Positions 49,759 through 63,858 of a DNA stretch of 64,000 nt are shown one piece after another. Under the pieces are notes generated by a model that saw nothing but the letters and a program-made list of their open reading frames with translations, did no database searches and was not told the origin of the DNA. The stretch covers positions 37,140,001 to 37,204,000 of the forward strand of contig NC_045697.1 in NCBI RefSeq assembly GCF_009834535.1, read 5' to 3'. The stretch comes from Camelus ferus. Lineage: Eukaryota. A program made the translations under genes and the position numbers. Numbering within the stretch: position 1 is the first letter of the stretch; each line of letters begins with the position of its first letter.

Positions 49759-51116
49759 CACTCAAATGCAGGGGAGAGTACATTTGTTCATTTTAACAAT
49801 TATTCTATTATTTATACTGAGGTATCTTTGAGAGGATGATCTATTTCTGGGGAGGAGCCAGAAAAGCTATTCCTGAGACAAAAAAGGCCATTAACCACAG
49901 GTGCCCCAAAGTGGAAATAACACGTATGCTAATCACTAGGGCACCAGCCCTTCCCACCTCGCCTGGAGGGAGATCTTCAGTCCCGGATGGGATTTTCTGC
50001 TATTCACAGAAGAGGGGAATGGCAGGTCTCACTTATCAAACCCCATTTTCAGCAATCTGCAGACATTTCTTCTTTGCCAGACCTTTTTCTCTTTTTGATT
50101 CAAGATTGTTTTTTTTCCCACGGTGCATGGTTCGTTATACTTAATTACCTAGAATATGTCACTACATCCAAATGGAAAGTAGCTTTTTTAAAAAACTCAC
50201 CTAAGAAAACTTTTGTTTGTCTCTGAAAACATAATACACAATCTTGGTTTAAAAAGTAATGAATTTCATTTTTGACAAATCTTGCCAAATAAATGAATAA
50301 GTAAACGAGCAAACACATAGGCAAGCAAATAAATAAGTCCCCCAATCCTTTAATATTTAGTGTGAGTAATTTGATTTACTTCTAATTTTTGCTGATTTGA
50401 TTCCAGGGATTAGAGTATAAGGTTTAGGAATGGGGGCAATTCCTGCAGAGAAATACAGAGTAAGAGAAAATTTCAATCAAGGAAGCAGAGATATATGGTC
50501 AAAGATATTCCTCTAAAAGGGTTATTATTACATAATTGTGTGATATATATAATTGTGTATATAGTAATTTAGCACATGCAGAAAATATAGCACATATGTA
50601 ATACATGTACATTACAACTACCTGAAAGTTCAAAAATGGGAAATTGGTTTCTCATGGTTTATACAAACAACAGAATATCTGCAGCCATTATCCAGTAGGA
50701 ATGATGACGTAGGTAAACCTGTTGACATAGAATGATGCCTATGATGTATTGAGCTTTTAAAAAGTGAAAAAGGAAGAAAAAAGAAAAATAAAGGGCCAAT
50801 TAAAAACAAGGTGTATTTTATCATCAAATTTTGCTTTAAAAATCTTCTGTGTCTACCTATACTTATATTTATAGAGAAAAAATTAGAAGCAGAATTGTGG
50901 AGGGTTTAATAGTCGTTATCTCTGGTGATGGGACTGTGTGTGCTCTTTCTTATTTTTTTCCTTCCTTCATAGATTGTGAGCAGAATCATGATAGGATTGT
51001 ATCCTGTGATTTATTAATTACCTGTTATGTGTCAGACATTATATTATGTGCTGGGGATATAATGGTAAATGAGAGACTTGGCCCCTGTTCTCATACAACT
51101 TACGTCTTACGGCCAG

Positions 51117-52200
51117 GTATATCAGTCAGAGTTCTTAGTTGCAAACAACAGAAGCCCCTCTGCCTGGTTTAAGCAGAAATCTGATTTATCAAAGGAGATC
51201 AGTCCCTGCCCAGAATTGCTGGGAGACCTGTAGAACCAGATTCAAGGCTGAGTTTTTACAAACAATACTCCAAACCGTATCACAGACTTGACCTGCTAAG
51301 GTAGCTACCTTTGCTGTTGTTGCCTTTACCAAACAGGAAATGGAAGGAACTTGACTTTACTGCAGCTCCTACGGCTCCAGCCTCACTGCTACTTTTGCAT
51401 CGAGAACTTGTCTTTATAACTCCTGCTACTCCTGAAAGCTGAACACATAGGCCGCTACCTGCACCAGCAAAGATGGAAGTTCCATGATATGTGAAGTCCT
51501 ATGTATAGATAATCAGATGATTGCCAGAGCCTAGGTCACATGTTTGCATCCTAGCTGACGAGGAGGCTGGGAATTTGGGTTCTAATTTTTGGGTTCTGAA
51601 TTCAACAGGAATGACAATGGGGAAAAGGTACACATTGACAAGAATGAATTCATAATGTGGGAATCTCCCCCATCAGAGAAAGGCTCTTTGGATGATGACC
51701 AACAGTCGGGTATCTGACAAAGGTGCTCCTAGGCCATTTATAGCAGTTGGAACTTTTGAAGTTACATGTGATGAAAACCCAGGTTTCATTACAAACAAGG
51801 TTAAGAAAAAGAGGAAATTAATTTACTCACAAAACTGAAAAAGTCCAGATTCATACTGGTTTCTGTTGTGCTTGGATGAAGGGCCTCAAATGATGTCATC
51901 AGTTAGCAGTCTCTCTCTTTCATGTCAGATTGACTTGGAGAGCACAATGGCCCCTAGGACTCACACAACATCACCTGAGAATTATCAGCAGAAATAGAAC
52001 ATTTCTTCAGGCATGAAGGACTTTGGTCGATCCAGTTCAGATCATATGCCCATCCTCCAACAATCATGTGACAAGGGTTCTAGGTCACACACACATCTTG
52101 ATCCAGTCATATGTCAGGGACCTGGGTCATATGCCCACTTTATGGCTGGGGGTGTGATGGTGTCAACTCCTCTCCAAATATAGGTTAGGTTCCCCTCAGA
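51117..52200 (-). mobile_element. Old MaLR LTR remnants (MLT1K/L-like), two pieces
   Basis: tatcagtcagagttcttagttgcaaacaacagaa; aggggcctcaaatgatgtcatc-like motif; ctgggtcatatgcccac. Confidence 0.55.
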
Positions 52201-52209
52201 TAAAAGTTA

Positions 52210-52420
52210 TATCCTGGCTCCACCACTTACTAGCTCTATCATCTTGGGAAAGTCACTTAATTTCTCTGAGCTTCAGTTTTCTTATCTGCAAAATGGGAAT
52301 AATAAGAGTGTCCACTTCATAAGGTTGTTATAAAGTTTAAAAGAATTCTTATCTGTAAAGCACAGGAAAAATGTTGGGCATGTAATTAGTAGTCACGTAA
52401 ATTTTTGCTATTACAATTCT
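52210..52420 (+). mobile_element. MIR
   Basis: atcctggctccaccacttactagct...tctctgagcttcagttttcttatctgcaaaatgggaataataa. Confidence 0.9.
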
Positions 52421-53599
52421 ATTCTGTTAGAAGAAGGGGAAGAAATAACAGGGAGGTGAAACCTACACATTTCAACCACAACCTGGATCAGGCAGCTGAA
52501 AATGTGAGTCTGGAATTTGAAAAGAGGTCTTGGTCAGTCTGCTGAATGCAAGAGTTCTCTCAACTACAGTGCTCCAGGAAGACAGGAGAGCTTCTGACTT
52601 CTTGAGGGAGAAAGTATGGAGGAGCAGGGAGATGAGGAGGGACAGAACATAGCTTTACAAGTGGATGAAACTTACAACCCCATTATTTTTCATATGATGC
52701 CCCATTCCTCAGAAATGCAACTTGCCAGTGTTAAAAAATGCTCTTTTTTTGTGTGATATATTCCTACCTTGTGTCTAAGTCTTTTTCAGAGTCTTCTGAA
52801 CTCTATACACATCAGGGATTTTTAAAAGATAACAGATCATTTGACCACATTTAAATGAAAGATTTTAGTGCACATAAGGAAACTACAGAAAAAGTTAACA
52901 TATGGGTGACAGACTGGAACTAAATGCAACGTCTGAAATTGACAGGGATTTGTATCCAGAATATGAAGAACTCCTAAATCAAAACCAGTAAAAGATGTGA
53001 GTAGAAAGTGAGAGTTATTTACCCCAGAGATACCCACGAACGGGTCCATTATGTAATCTGCCAAAGAATATTCCTAGAAGTGGTATTTTAATTTTTGGAA
53101 TTTGCAACCAACTGAGATATTAATCAGTAGGGTTTTGATACAGTAGACTACTACACAGGAAACAAAAGCTCTGAACTTGATGTACAAACAGCAACATGAA
53201 TAGGTCCTAAAAACAATATTGAGCAAAAAATTAAGGGAAAAAAAGAGATCTTTAAGTTAACATCTCTTGGTAAATTATAAATGCAAATATATATAAAATA
53301 ACACTATGAATTTAGTAAGGATATAAGAATGTTTAAAAACACAAATATATTAGAGTGCCTGGTTTTGGGAAAAGGGAATGGGAGGGAGAAGAGAATTGAA
53401 AAGTAAATGGAAAAATGTCTTCCTTTCTTTCCATTATCTTCTGAAAGAGAGAGTGTATGTATGAGAATTTCTCAAATCTCAACCAATTCAAAGGCTGAAA
53501 AGTTGGAGGAAGTAATATTTTGGGGGCATACAAAATAGTTTCACTTGTGTGAAACCTGGATATGCAATTAATTGGATTACACATCGGATATGCAATTAA

Positions 53600-54290
53600 T
53601 TAGTATATCCCTTTGTCTCTTCCTTCAAGTTATATACGGAATCTGCCTATTTCTTTCCAGTTCTGCTGCTACAACCTTGGTCTAATCCATTGTCTTCTCA
53701 TGCCAAACTAACACAGTTGTCTCCAAACAAGTTTCCTTGTCTCGCCAGGCCCCACCCCCAAATCTCCCACCTCCAATCAAATCTCCAAATAGGAGCCAAA
53801 GTGATCTTGTCAATGCCTCATTCAGGTCTTATTACTGTTTAACTAAGAACCCACCAATGGTTTCCCATCTAACAGAATAACCTTTTGTATACAGAGGTCT
53901 ACAAGGCTCGCCGTGACCTGGCACTGCCCCCACCCACTAGCACACCTCTGTGAACTCAGATCCTATCTCAGGGCCTTTGTCCTTGCCACTTTCTCAGCCC
54001 AGAAACCGAATTCCTGCTCAAGATCACCTCGTCAGAGACATCTTCACTGATCGTCCTCTCTAAAATAGCAAAGCCTTTTCTCCTTCCTTTCTATCCCTCT
54101 TTACCTGTTTTATTTTCTCCATGGTGTTTGTCACCACCCAACAGAATATTTGTTGCCAGATGCCTTTACCCACTAGAAAGCAAGTGCCTTGAGGATAGGG
54201 ACATCTTTGGATTTCCTACTCAATTTTCAGTGCACTCAATAAATTCTTGTTGTGTGAATAAACCAATGAATGAATGAATGAATGAAGTGA
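53600..54290 (+). mobile_element. L2 3' region
   Basis: agccaaagtgatct...ctcagggcctttg...ctcaataaattcttgttg...gaatgaatgaatgaatgaa. Confidence 0.85.
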
Positions 54291-54859
54291 ACAAGGAGAA
54301 AGAGACAGAGACAGGCAGACAAAGGCAGAGAAATCCTGCTCTCTGTTGGAGCCACCATGCTTGAAGTAAGAATGATTCTTTTGGACTAATCCTTCTCCTT
54401 GTCCTTCCCCCTTCCAGACTTCCTCCCTGGCTTTCTTTCAAGTGTGGATATTGATCGAGAAGCAAAACAGAGTGGAGGCTTATCCTGACTCTGCTTAGGA
54501 AGTGGCACCTACAAGTACTTTCTTATTTCTACCAACCCTGGGAAGAAACTGCACATTTGAGGAAGCGAAGTACTTTTTCAAACAGGTGTTGACAGCTCCA
54601 AAAATAGACATTAATTTTTTCTTCCTATTTTAAAACCACATGTCCGTTGCAGAACATTTAGAAACTGCAGGTAAGCAAAAAGTAGAAAATACAAATATCC
54701 AGGAACTTCATATCCTGAAATGATATCTGATAATATTCTGATTTATTCCTTTGCAATTTATTTTTCTGTAGATATTCACTTCTCCATGTTCACACCCACC
54801 TTAAAAAAAAGAAGAAAAATGGAATTTAAAAAAAATGAAACGTTATGAGAAAGGTATTT

Positions 54860-55295
54860 CACTTTTGTGATTTTCCTTCCAAGAAAACAGAACCTTCGCC
54901 TAATTATGAGAAAACCATCAAGCAAATCCCAGTTGAGGGACATTCTACAAAACATCTGACTCTGAATCCTCAAAACTTTCAAGATCAATGAAAAGAAAGT
55001 TTGAGAAACTATCACAACCAAGAGGAGACATGCAATGTTACACGGGATCCTGGATGCGATCCTTGAACAGAGCAAGAACATTAAGAGGAAACTGAGGAAA
55101 TCAGACTAAAACATGAGTTAGGTAATAACAAAATATAAATACTAGTTCATTAATTGTGAAAAAGGTACCACAGAAGCAGAAGAGGTAAATAATAGAGGAA
55201 ATGGTGTGAGTGTGTGTGTGTTGGGGGGATGGAGTGTATGAAAACCCTGTACCAGCCTCATAATTTTTCTGTAAATCTAGAAAGTTTATTTTTAA
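54860..55295 (+). mobile_element. L1MC/MD-type 3' end
   Basis: caaatcccagttgagggacattctacaaaa...gggatcctggatgcgatccttgaacag...ttttctgtaaatctagaa. Confidence 0.8.
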
Positions 55296-55999
55296 ATTGA
55301 CACTTGGCATACTACACCTGAAATATATCAGTGCCCTGCATAAAGGAAAAATAAAGATGGCTCTGGAAATGCCTCATGGTTAGGAGAATTTTTCATCGCA
55401 ATTCAGAATATACCTTCCCTTCCCAATCACTGTTGAGTGAGGCAGGTAGAAAGAGCTTGTTTCTGGGGAAGGAAAACCCTGAGTTGTGTAATTAGCGCTC
55501 TGTCAGATATAGCCTCAGGATTTACATGTTTTGCCATGTTTACGTTTCAGCTTAGAGCTCAGTCGTGTTATTTTAAGATCGTTGGCCTTTACAGGAAAAG
55601 GGAAGCATGGAAAACACATCAATTTTTCTTAAACTACATGTCTAACAAAAATGATTTACATGGAAGTGAGCGATCAGACAACACTTGGAAGTCAACCGTC
55701 CTGCTCTGTTGGCGTGGAATTTCCTTGTTTGAAGAAAAGCTTTTTACATAGTCCATGAAAAGAAGGTTCGTTTCCCTCTGATTTCCTCCTCTGAAAAGGG
55801 TGAAAAGTTGGATCTATTTTGCAATCATTTCCCACCCTAAGATATGATAAATAATACATGTGTATTTATTCTGTATGGAAATATGATAGATAGACAGATA
55901 TAGACATCTATCTCTGTATAGAGGGAGCTATAATACACATGATCTAATTTCTCTATATACACAGTATACGCTAGATCATATTATGTGTCAGAGCTCTTT

Positions 56000-58560
56000 C
56001 TCTCTCTCAAGCATAATACAAATACCCATAAGGCAAACACCCCTGTACTCATCACGCAGTTCAAGACAGAGAGAATTTCAGCATCTTTGAATCCTCCATT
56101 GTACTTCTCCCATCTCTCATCCTTTCCCAGGAGATAACCACTGTCCTGAATTTTATATTTATTATTCTCTTGTGTTCTTTATAGTTATTACCAGACCAAA
56201 ATCTATCTCTAAACAACATCTTTTGAGTTTTGTGTATTTTTGGATTTATATAAATGAAGTGAGACTGAATGAATACCTCTGTGCTTTGTTTTTTCACTCA
56301 ACAGGTTGGATGTTTTTAGTATGTGTTTATTTGCTGCTTATGTTTTCTTTTAAATATATTTTTATAATTTATATCAACTTCTCTATTGAGTTGCTTATCA
56401 TTTTCTTATGAAATTATAGGAGTTTTAAAATATTTACATTTTGGATACTAATCATTTGTTGGTTATTTGTATGGCAAGCTTTTTTTTTCTAGTTTTAGCT
56501 TATGGCTTTCTTTATGGCCTTCTGAATAGAGCTCTTAACTTTCATTGAATCAAATAAAATTTTTCTTTATAGCTTGTGCTTTTGTGTCTTGTTTAAGAAA
56601 GTCTTCCCTACTTCAAGTCTCTTGAGATAGTCTCTCTTATTTTCTTCTAAAAGCTTAATATTTTTTAGATTCACATTTATGTGCTTGATTCAGCTACAAT
56701 TCACATTTGTGTAAGATGAGAGAATTAGCCCCATTTTTTTTTTGGAAGATATTTCTTTGTTGTCTTCTGATTTTCAATTTTTTTTTTCCTTAAGGGAGGC
56801 ACTGGGGATTGAACTCAGGACCTTGTGCACATCAGGTACACACTCTACCACTGAGCTATTCCTCTCACTCTGTCTCTTGATTTTCAAAGCTGCTGTTGAG
56901 TTTTCAGTCTAACTATTCTTTTCCATATGATACATCTTTTCTCCTTTAAAGGATCTTTTCTTTGTTATTGTGATCTGTAGTTTAATCATTATGGACCCAA
57001 GTTTGGGTTTCTTTGCTTGTGACTGGGACTTCCTGAATCTGCATTTGTGGAGAATTCTTGGCTAATATCTCTTTAATGTTACATCTTCCCCACTTTCTAT
57101 ATTATTTCCCTGTGATATCCTACTCGATGTATTTTTAGCCTCCTGACTCTGCCTCCTGGGTATCTCAAACTGTCACATAGTCCATGATACAGTCTCTTTA
57201 CTGCATTTTTGTCAATTTCCTCAGATCTATCTTCTGGTTCACTAATTCTCTTGTCAGCTGTTTCTAATATGATACATACTACATCTGCTGAGTCTGATTT
57301 TATTTATGTACTTTTTTATTTTAAAAGTTCTATTTGACTTTTCTTCATACTTGCCTACTCATTAAAAAAGCTTTTTAATGTGAAAACCTTCAAACACACT
57401 TCAAAGTAAAGAGAATAGTATAGTAAACCCCAGTGTATCCATTATCCAGCTTCAACAATGAACAATTCACAGCTAATCCTGTGTCCTCTATATCTCTGCC
57501 TACTTTCCCTCCCACTCCACATAATTCTGAAGCAAATCCCAGACATCAGATCCTTTTATTTGTAATAGTTAAATAACAGACAAATATTTTCCTTTTAAAA
57601 CAAACAATACCACTTTCTTAACCTCTTGAAAACCCATTGCAATTCTTTACTATCAAATATTCCCAGTCTTTAAAAAAATACTTTCTGGTTCCTTGATCAT
57701 ACTTTTTAATCTCTCCTTTAATTTCTTTGAATATAATTAAATACATTTAATTAAAATTTTATATTTAATTTTCCAAACCTATTATTGCTGTGGGTTTGGT
57801 ATTGTTATATTTGTTATTTCTGCTGCTTTTTGCTCATAGTGGGTTTGTTTCCTCATGTGTCTGGGGGTTTTTGTTTCTTGTTGTTTGTTGTTTTCTTACT
57901 GTGAGCTTATGGTTAATGAAATTTTTCTGTAGGAAATTTTTGAGGCTTGGATTAGTTCCCACTGGAATTAATCATTCCCCCAGAGATTTGTGATTGCGTC
58001 TTCCAGTCACCTTGCTTCATTACTAACCTGTAATCATTTAAATTCAGTTCTCAGGTTAGGTTTTTCAGGCCACCTAAGTAGGATGAATTCTGACACAAAA
58101 CCTATGTGATGGTCGCCTTGTGGTTAGTAACTCTCAGAGGAGATTTCACTTTCCTTTTTTACCCAGAGTCAAAGCTGAGAGAGGCAAGAGTTCTTACTGG
58201 GTCCTTGCCATGATGTTAAATTTATTTTTCCAGTTTGCCTTCACTGAGGCTGTTGCCTTTTGTAGGACTTATTCTATGCAAGGGTCTCAATTTGCCTTCC
58301 TTGATTGCCTGAACCCCAGGCATTGTCTCCTGTCCCCAGCACATATTTATATCCTGTTAAAATAAAAAATTCTTCACAACCATGTATTGGCAGATTTCCT
58401 GAAGACAAGATTTAACTTTCATGCCCAGTTACTGCTTTGGATTCATGCCTTTTTACTATTTTTATCCAATGAGTATTTCTTTCATTTTCTTTAACTCAGC
58501 TAAGCATTTAAAATTGTATTATGAATATTTCATCCAGCATTTTAAGGTGTTCTGTACCAG
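56000..58560 (-). mobile_element. Cluster of ancient, highly diverged L1M/HAL1-like fragments
   Basis: T-rich with ttttggatactaatc, tttgtgtcttgtttaagaaagtcttccctac, ttcctcagatctatcttc motifs. Confidence 0.6.
56778..56870 (-). mobile_element. Short tRNA-derived SINE (Vic-1-related)
   Basis: ctggggattgaactcaggaccttg...ctctaccactgagcta; TSD tgtcttctgattttcaa 56761-56777 / tgtctcttgattttcaa 56871-56887. Confidence 0.88.
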
Positions 58561-60502
58561 GATTCCTCAGGACAACCACTGTACCATCACATTCCCAGAA
58601 AGAGGACTCCAAATTATGTCTTATGCCCCACCACGCTGACTGCCTGAAATTAGCCTCCTTCAAAGAGTCTCCCAGCTGTTCCCAAGAACTTTCCCATTCA
58701 GGGGTTGCCTGATGGGCTCCTAGGTTCAGATCCTTTCCAGCCTGCACTTTTCTGTTCTGCCTTCTTCATCAGACCATCACACCACTCCTGCTGCTGACCC
58801 TCATGAGTTCCTCATTCTGCTTCCGGAAGCTGTCCTTCACTGGACCACCACTGTCACTACCATTATTGGTCTTGGGCTGAGACACTGTTCCTCCTTTTCT
58901 TATTTTATCCTGGACATTAAATTGACCCTTGTCCCCAGTTCTCTAAAGCACAGAGGGTGTGAGAGAGAATTATAACACACAGATCTGCTGACAACTACCG
59001 CCAGGTGCCAGCCCCATCCTGAGGTCTTCTGGGTCACCTGCCTCCCTGCATCTCCCCAGCCGGTCGCCATGTGACAATGGCTAGCTTACTTTCTAATATC
59101 CAGAGCCTCGTACTCATGGCTGGGATTTGGAGTCCAGGCTAATATTCAGCGTGCAGGAGAGAGGGATTTTCACTCTCTTCTTCCCAAGCCAAGTCCCATC
59201 TTCCCAGTCTCTATTTTCCTTTCCAGGAAGGAGTGCCTTCCGTGGTCCTGGGAAAGAGGAATTTTTTGTTCCTTCAGAAAAGTCCAAGGGAATAGGGACC
59301 TTACCTTATGAGCCCCCTCCACTTTCAAGACACCCCAGCACTAGCCTGACATTAGCGCATTGTCCAACATTTGGATCTTTTACTCTCATGCAGCACCATG
59401 TGTAGGATTTTACCAGTCGTGTTTAGTTGAGATTGCACTGATTCTAGTTCATTCCTTTTTCTGATGTCTTATGGACGATGACTTAGAAAAGAAACATATA
59501 CAAATTTCTCCAAAGACACATAATACTAAAGAGGTACCGAGCAGTCTAAGTCGTATTTAGAATAACTGCTCTCTAAGGGACGAATTGTCTGCAGAGATGC
59601 AGCTTTCTTTCAAACGTCTTCCAAATTGACCTGACTAAACAGAACACTACATTTTAAAATTCAGGTTATTTCCCTGCACTGAGGCTTTTCTCATGAACAG
59701 TAAGTGGAATATGTCTTATATTTGCATAACTAATAGTTCCCAAAGTGATGGCTGTTCCAGAAAAAACAAACAAATAAACGAACAAAGACAATAACCTGTC
59801 TCAAAAGTAAATGCAAATCTTCACCTGGGGCCTCCTTCTCCTATAAACACACTTACAAAGTAAAAGCTGCAACCTTCTAAATTGCAGTTTTCCAACCACT
59901 GTGTTCATACATTTTCCAATAAAAATCTTCGTTTCATCTGAGACACCCCTTTACGTATCTTTCTTAATATACCACAAAACAATATCGTACTCTTAGTAGA
60001 CCCTTATTAAATGTATGTTCATGCCACACATGAGTGTGGATTGTTGTTAATGTGAATAATTTGACTCATAGCGTCTTTCTTCCTACCCTTCCAAGGACGG
60101 GGGGGCTTTGATGGGATATGGGGCACTTGAGACCTTTAAATCCCTGCTTTGCCAAATATTGTGTGACCTTGGCTAACTTATTTTCTCTAAGCTTCAGTTT
60201 CCTTGTGAAAGTGTTGCTATATGAAAGAACTTAGCCAAATGGTTAAATAAATATTAACACTCTCCTCTCTGTCCCTCTGCCATCTCTCAGCATCAAAATG
60301 CTAGAGGCCATTTGGCTCTGGGGATGGCCAGGTGAAGGCAGGTCCCAGACCAGTCATGCCCACACTTCTGAGTTCTATGGATGGTTTGTCATTGTATTGT
60401 AACATTCCCAATTCAGACATTCTTCTTGGTGGCCCTTCTAGACATGTGTGGGCTGCTCTGAGAAATAAGAAAAGGATCAGGGAAGGCCAGAGCCCTATAA
60501 AT

Positions 60503-60718
60503 CAGTATTTTTCAAACTGTTGGTTTTAACTCATTAGAGAATCCAGAAATTAATTTAGTGGACAACTAGCAGTTTAAAAAATTAAATAGTAAAATAGAAA
60601 GAAATGTTCATAGTGAGAGGAAGTAATATTTAGTGAAGCTTTTGTACAAAATGAGTCACATTTTGTGTACAATCTATACCTTACAGTAGGTTGCATCAGA
60701 AAAATTTGAGAAACACTG
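60503..60718. mobile_element. hAT-Charlie MITE (Charlie4-like)
   Basis: TIRs cagtatttttcaaa ... tttgagaaacactg. Confidence 0.7.
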
Positions 60719-60786
60719 CTTTGAAATCCTGCAAAAATGAAGTAACATTGATGAATATTCCAAATAAACAATAATAGCATGCCCCA

Positions 60787-61257
60787 TGTAGTAGACCGAT
60801 TGCCTTATTCACCCCAGTTCTTCACTCCTCTGTGGCGACATTCTTCCCTGAGAAATTTTCTGTGCATTCCCATTCAGACCCTGCACTCAGTCATGTGACT
60901 TGGTTTAGCCAGTAACATATTAGCAAATGAGATGCAAGCAGAGGTGTGAAGAGACCTCATGAACCTAGGTTTGCTCTTGCCCTTCACCATCACCAAGAGA
61001 ACAAGTCAGGCTAGTCTACTGGAGGATGAGAACCACACAGAGAAGAGTGGAATTGCCCTAGTCTCCCAGCCAAGGTCTCCTAGACCTGGTGACAGCCAGC
61101 CAGCAACTACACCTAGGAGGAAGCCCAGAGAAGACCAGAAGAGCTGCCCAGCCAAACACAGTCCAAATTGCCTATTCATGACTTAAATAAGTGTTTTTTT
61201 TGTATACAATGAATTGTTTGTCATGGAACATTATTGTGGCAATAGGTACTTGATATC
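60787..61257 (+). mobile_element. MLT1H-like solo LTR
   Basis: tgtagtag...gtcatgtgacttggtttagcca...cattattgtggcaatag; possible TSD CCCCA. Confidence 0.8.
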
Positions 61258-61434
61258 CCCCATTGGGAGACCTTAGTCAATAATAATATTCATAATAATA
61301 ATAATTACAATAAAATATGCACCAAATTTTCAAAGACCATCTCCTTAGGTAATTTCAAACAACACTTCTCATCTTCATGTTTCATGTTGCACTGGGAGCC
61401 ACAAAAGGGCTTTAACTTGAGAAAGGGCTTATTT

Positions 61435-61574
61435 GGGGCAGGGTATAGCTCAGGGGTAGAATGTGTGCCTAGCATGCCCAAAGTCCTAGGTTCGATCCCC
61501 TGCACCTCCATCAAAATAAATAAATAAAAACCTAATTACCTCCCCCTTAAAGAAAAAAGAAAAAAAAAAAAAAA
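61435..61574 (+). mobile_element. Full-length Vic-1-type SINE
   Basis: gggtatagctcaggggtaga (A box), ggttcgatccc (B box), aataaataaaaacctaattacctccccc, poly-A; TSD agaaagggcttatt 61420-61433 / agaaagggcttgtt 61575-61588. Confidence 0.93.
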
Positions 61575-63858
61575 AGAAAGGGCTTGTTCAATTGCTTTAA
61601 TAGAAGACAAGATGGCGGAGGAAGTCTTCCTGCCCAAGGTCACTCAACCAGGTTCTGTTACCAAGAGAGCTGGATTCAAAAACTCAAGAATTCTACTGAA
61701 CATGTCTGACCTCCCCCATTTCCCAAAATGAAAGCTCCAGTTCCTGCCCATTCTTCTGGATCTACCTCAATTTTCATAAAAGTTCCTGTGGGATATCAGT
61801 TTGAATAATTAGAATCGACATTTTGCTTGCAAGCAAAACAGAGAGGCCCTTTCCTCAGGAAACCACAATGACACAAATATCCTCTGAGTACATGTTGTCC
61901 TCCAAATAACCCGATTTGTTTTCCCTAAATTTGCATTTTCATTTGATCATTAAAGATGAGTTTGTCTTTGTAACAGGAGACTTGTGATTCCCTTGACTAG
62001 TCTAGTCTGTCCTGTTGATTATCACAGCAAGGTCCTGGGGCCATTTGCTCAGTGAACATTCAGTTTCCAGGGGCTACCAGTTCTTTAACAAAAGATGCTC
62101 CCCAAATTAGTGCTCACTTCGGCAATCAATGGTAAGCAGTGATGTCACACATATCTCATATAAGTGTCCTATCATGGCTTATGACTCTGAAAGAAGGCAA
62201 ATTTATCTGGGCACCTTCTCTGTAGCGGGTATGCTGGGAATAAGACCCAATCCCTGCCATCAAAGAGGAGCTATTCTGCAATTGTTTGATGTATTTGTCT
62301 CTGTGACCCCAAGGAAGGCATCAATATTTCAGCTCTTTGATGACTTAATTTAAGTAGCACACTGGGATTTTACCCACTCCTTACAAAATTTTCTTCGATT
62401 TTTTTTTTTTTTGACAGCTTGCTGTCATTTGTGTCTTCTGATGCTTTATTTTGAGTTGTTTTGGAGTTTGCATTTGGTACAGGTAGGTATCCAATAAAAA
62501 TCTTCATTAAATGAATGTAGAAACAATCAGAGGTTTTAAACGCTTCAAAATGATGGATGGTCAATTGGTTTGATAGAATTCATAGGAGAAAATTACACGT
62601 GTTGGTTTGTGTGCACACTGAAATACTTACAAGAATCTCAACTAATATATATTTTTAAGAACATAAGTACTTTTTCAGCTAAGGATCTTAGGTTGACTTG
62701 AATCAAATATGACTTACATTTCCTCCAGTGCTTAAAGCTTGGTTTGAAGCTTAAGTACTTGGGTTCAAAGTATTTCAGCTTTTAACGAAAATCCTTTGGA
62801 TTCCATCAAAATCGTAGATTAAGTATGCTTACCCCAATCCCCTGCTTCACAAAATGGGCTGCAAATCTATTTTAGTAAATGTTTTACATAAGCCCTTTCT
62901 TGAGAAATGGTTAGTAAGTAAATTTAAGATAATCTATTCTAGTTAGAAAAACAAAACATTTCTGAATGCATTTCAACTAAGATTTGTTTTATTAAGGGTA
63001 TTTTTCATTAACCTTGAAACCATTCAAATTACACAGAAATAAAATTGTTTAAAAAAATAATTTTGCCTTACTGGTGCACTTAAATTTTCTTCTTTTTCTT
63101 TCATGTGTTAGTTATCACATGTCTTCATGTGTTATGAATTTATTATTTTTAAAGAATACTTATGACATGAGAGCTGATTGTTACATTATCACCAATACTT
63201 GTGACCACAGATTGACACGCACATGCATTATTCATGTTTTTGTTTAGGGTTAGATTCTTTTTACTCTAAGTGACTAATCTGTTCAGTCTAAAAGAGCTCA
63301 TAAAGGGTTTTAAGATTAATCTGTATCACTATTCCTTGATTATGGATACAATTCATCATGCATTCTAAGTCTGTTTTCTACTCTTGGGGAGACCAATGGG
63401 GTGGGTGATCATATAGAATAATATAATTATAGTATTGTAGAGCTGGAAAGAACTCAGTGTAATCTTCATTTCACACAGGCAATGATTGGGCTTATAGTTT
63501 AAGTGATATGTTCACTCTTCTAACCTTATATACAAAGATAATTTCAGAATTGTTGCACCTCGAGACGGCAGTTGGGGTAACTTATACATACTTATCCCCA
63601 GTGAGTCTTTTACCAACCACCTGTCCTCTTCCCAGAATGCAGTACAAGAGTGAACTACCAGGCTGCCCACAGGAGATACAGATGGGTAGTATGTTTGATG
63701 TGAAACTATGGTGTCTTCTCCATCACTCATATAACACACATGATGCTGAGAGCTCACAACAGAAACCAAAGTATCGGGAACAAGATGACCAGAAGGGAAT
63801 AAAGAACAATTCCATAGGGGATAACATGCCAATTTTATTCTTGCAAATATTGACTTAG

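Noticed and set aside
61435..61510. tRNA-Ala gene
   Set aside because: The tRNA-like head has substitutions and is followed by a SINE tail, poly-A and TSD, so it is a SINE; the same applies to the other five copies
62110..62124. gtgctcacttcggca resembling the U6 snRNA 5' end
   Set aside because: Only 14 of 15 nt match and similarity stops immediately; no TSD or tail
62717..62780. Minus-strand exon-like LKYFEPKYLSFKPSFKHWRK ending in GTAAGT
   Set aside because: No good polypyrimidine acceptor and an in-frame stop directly upstream
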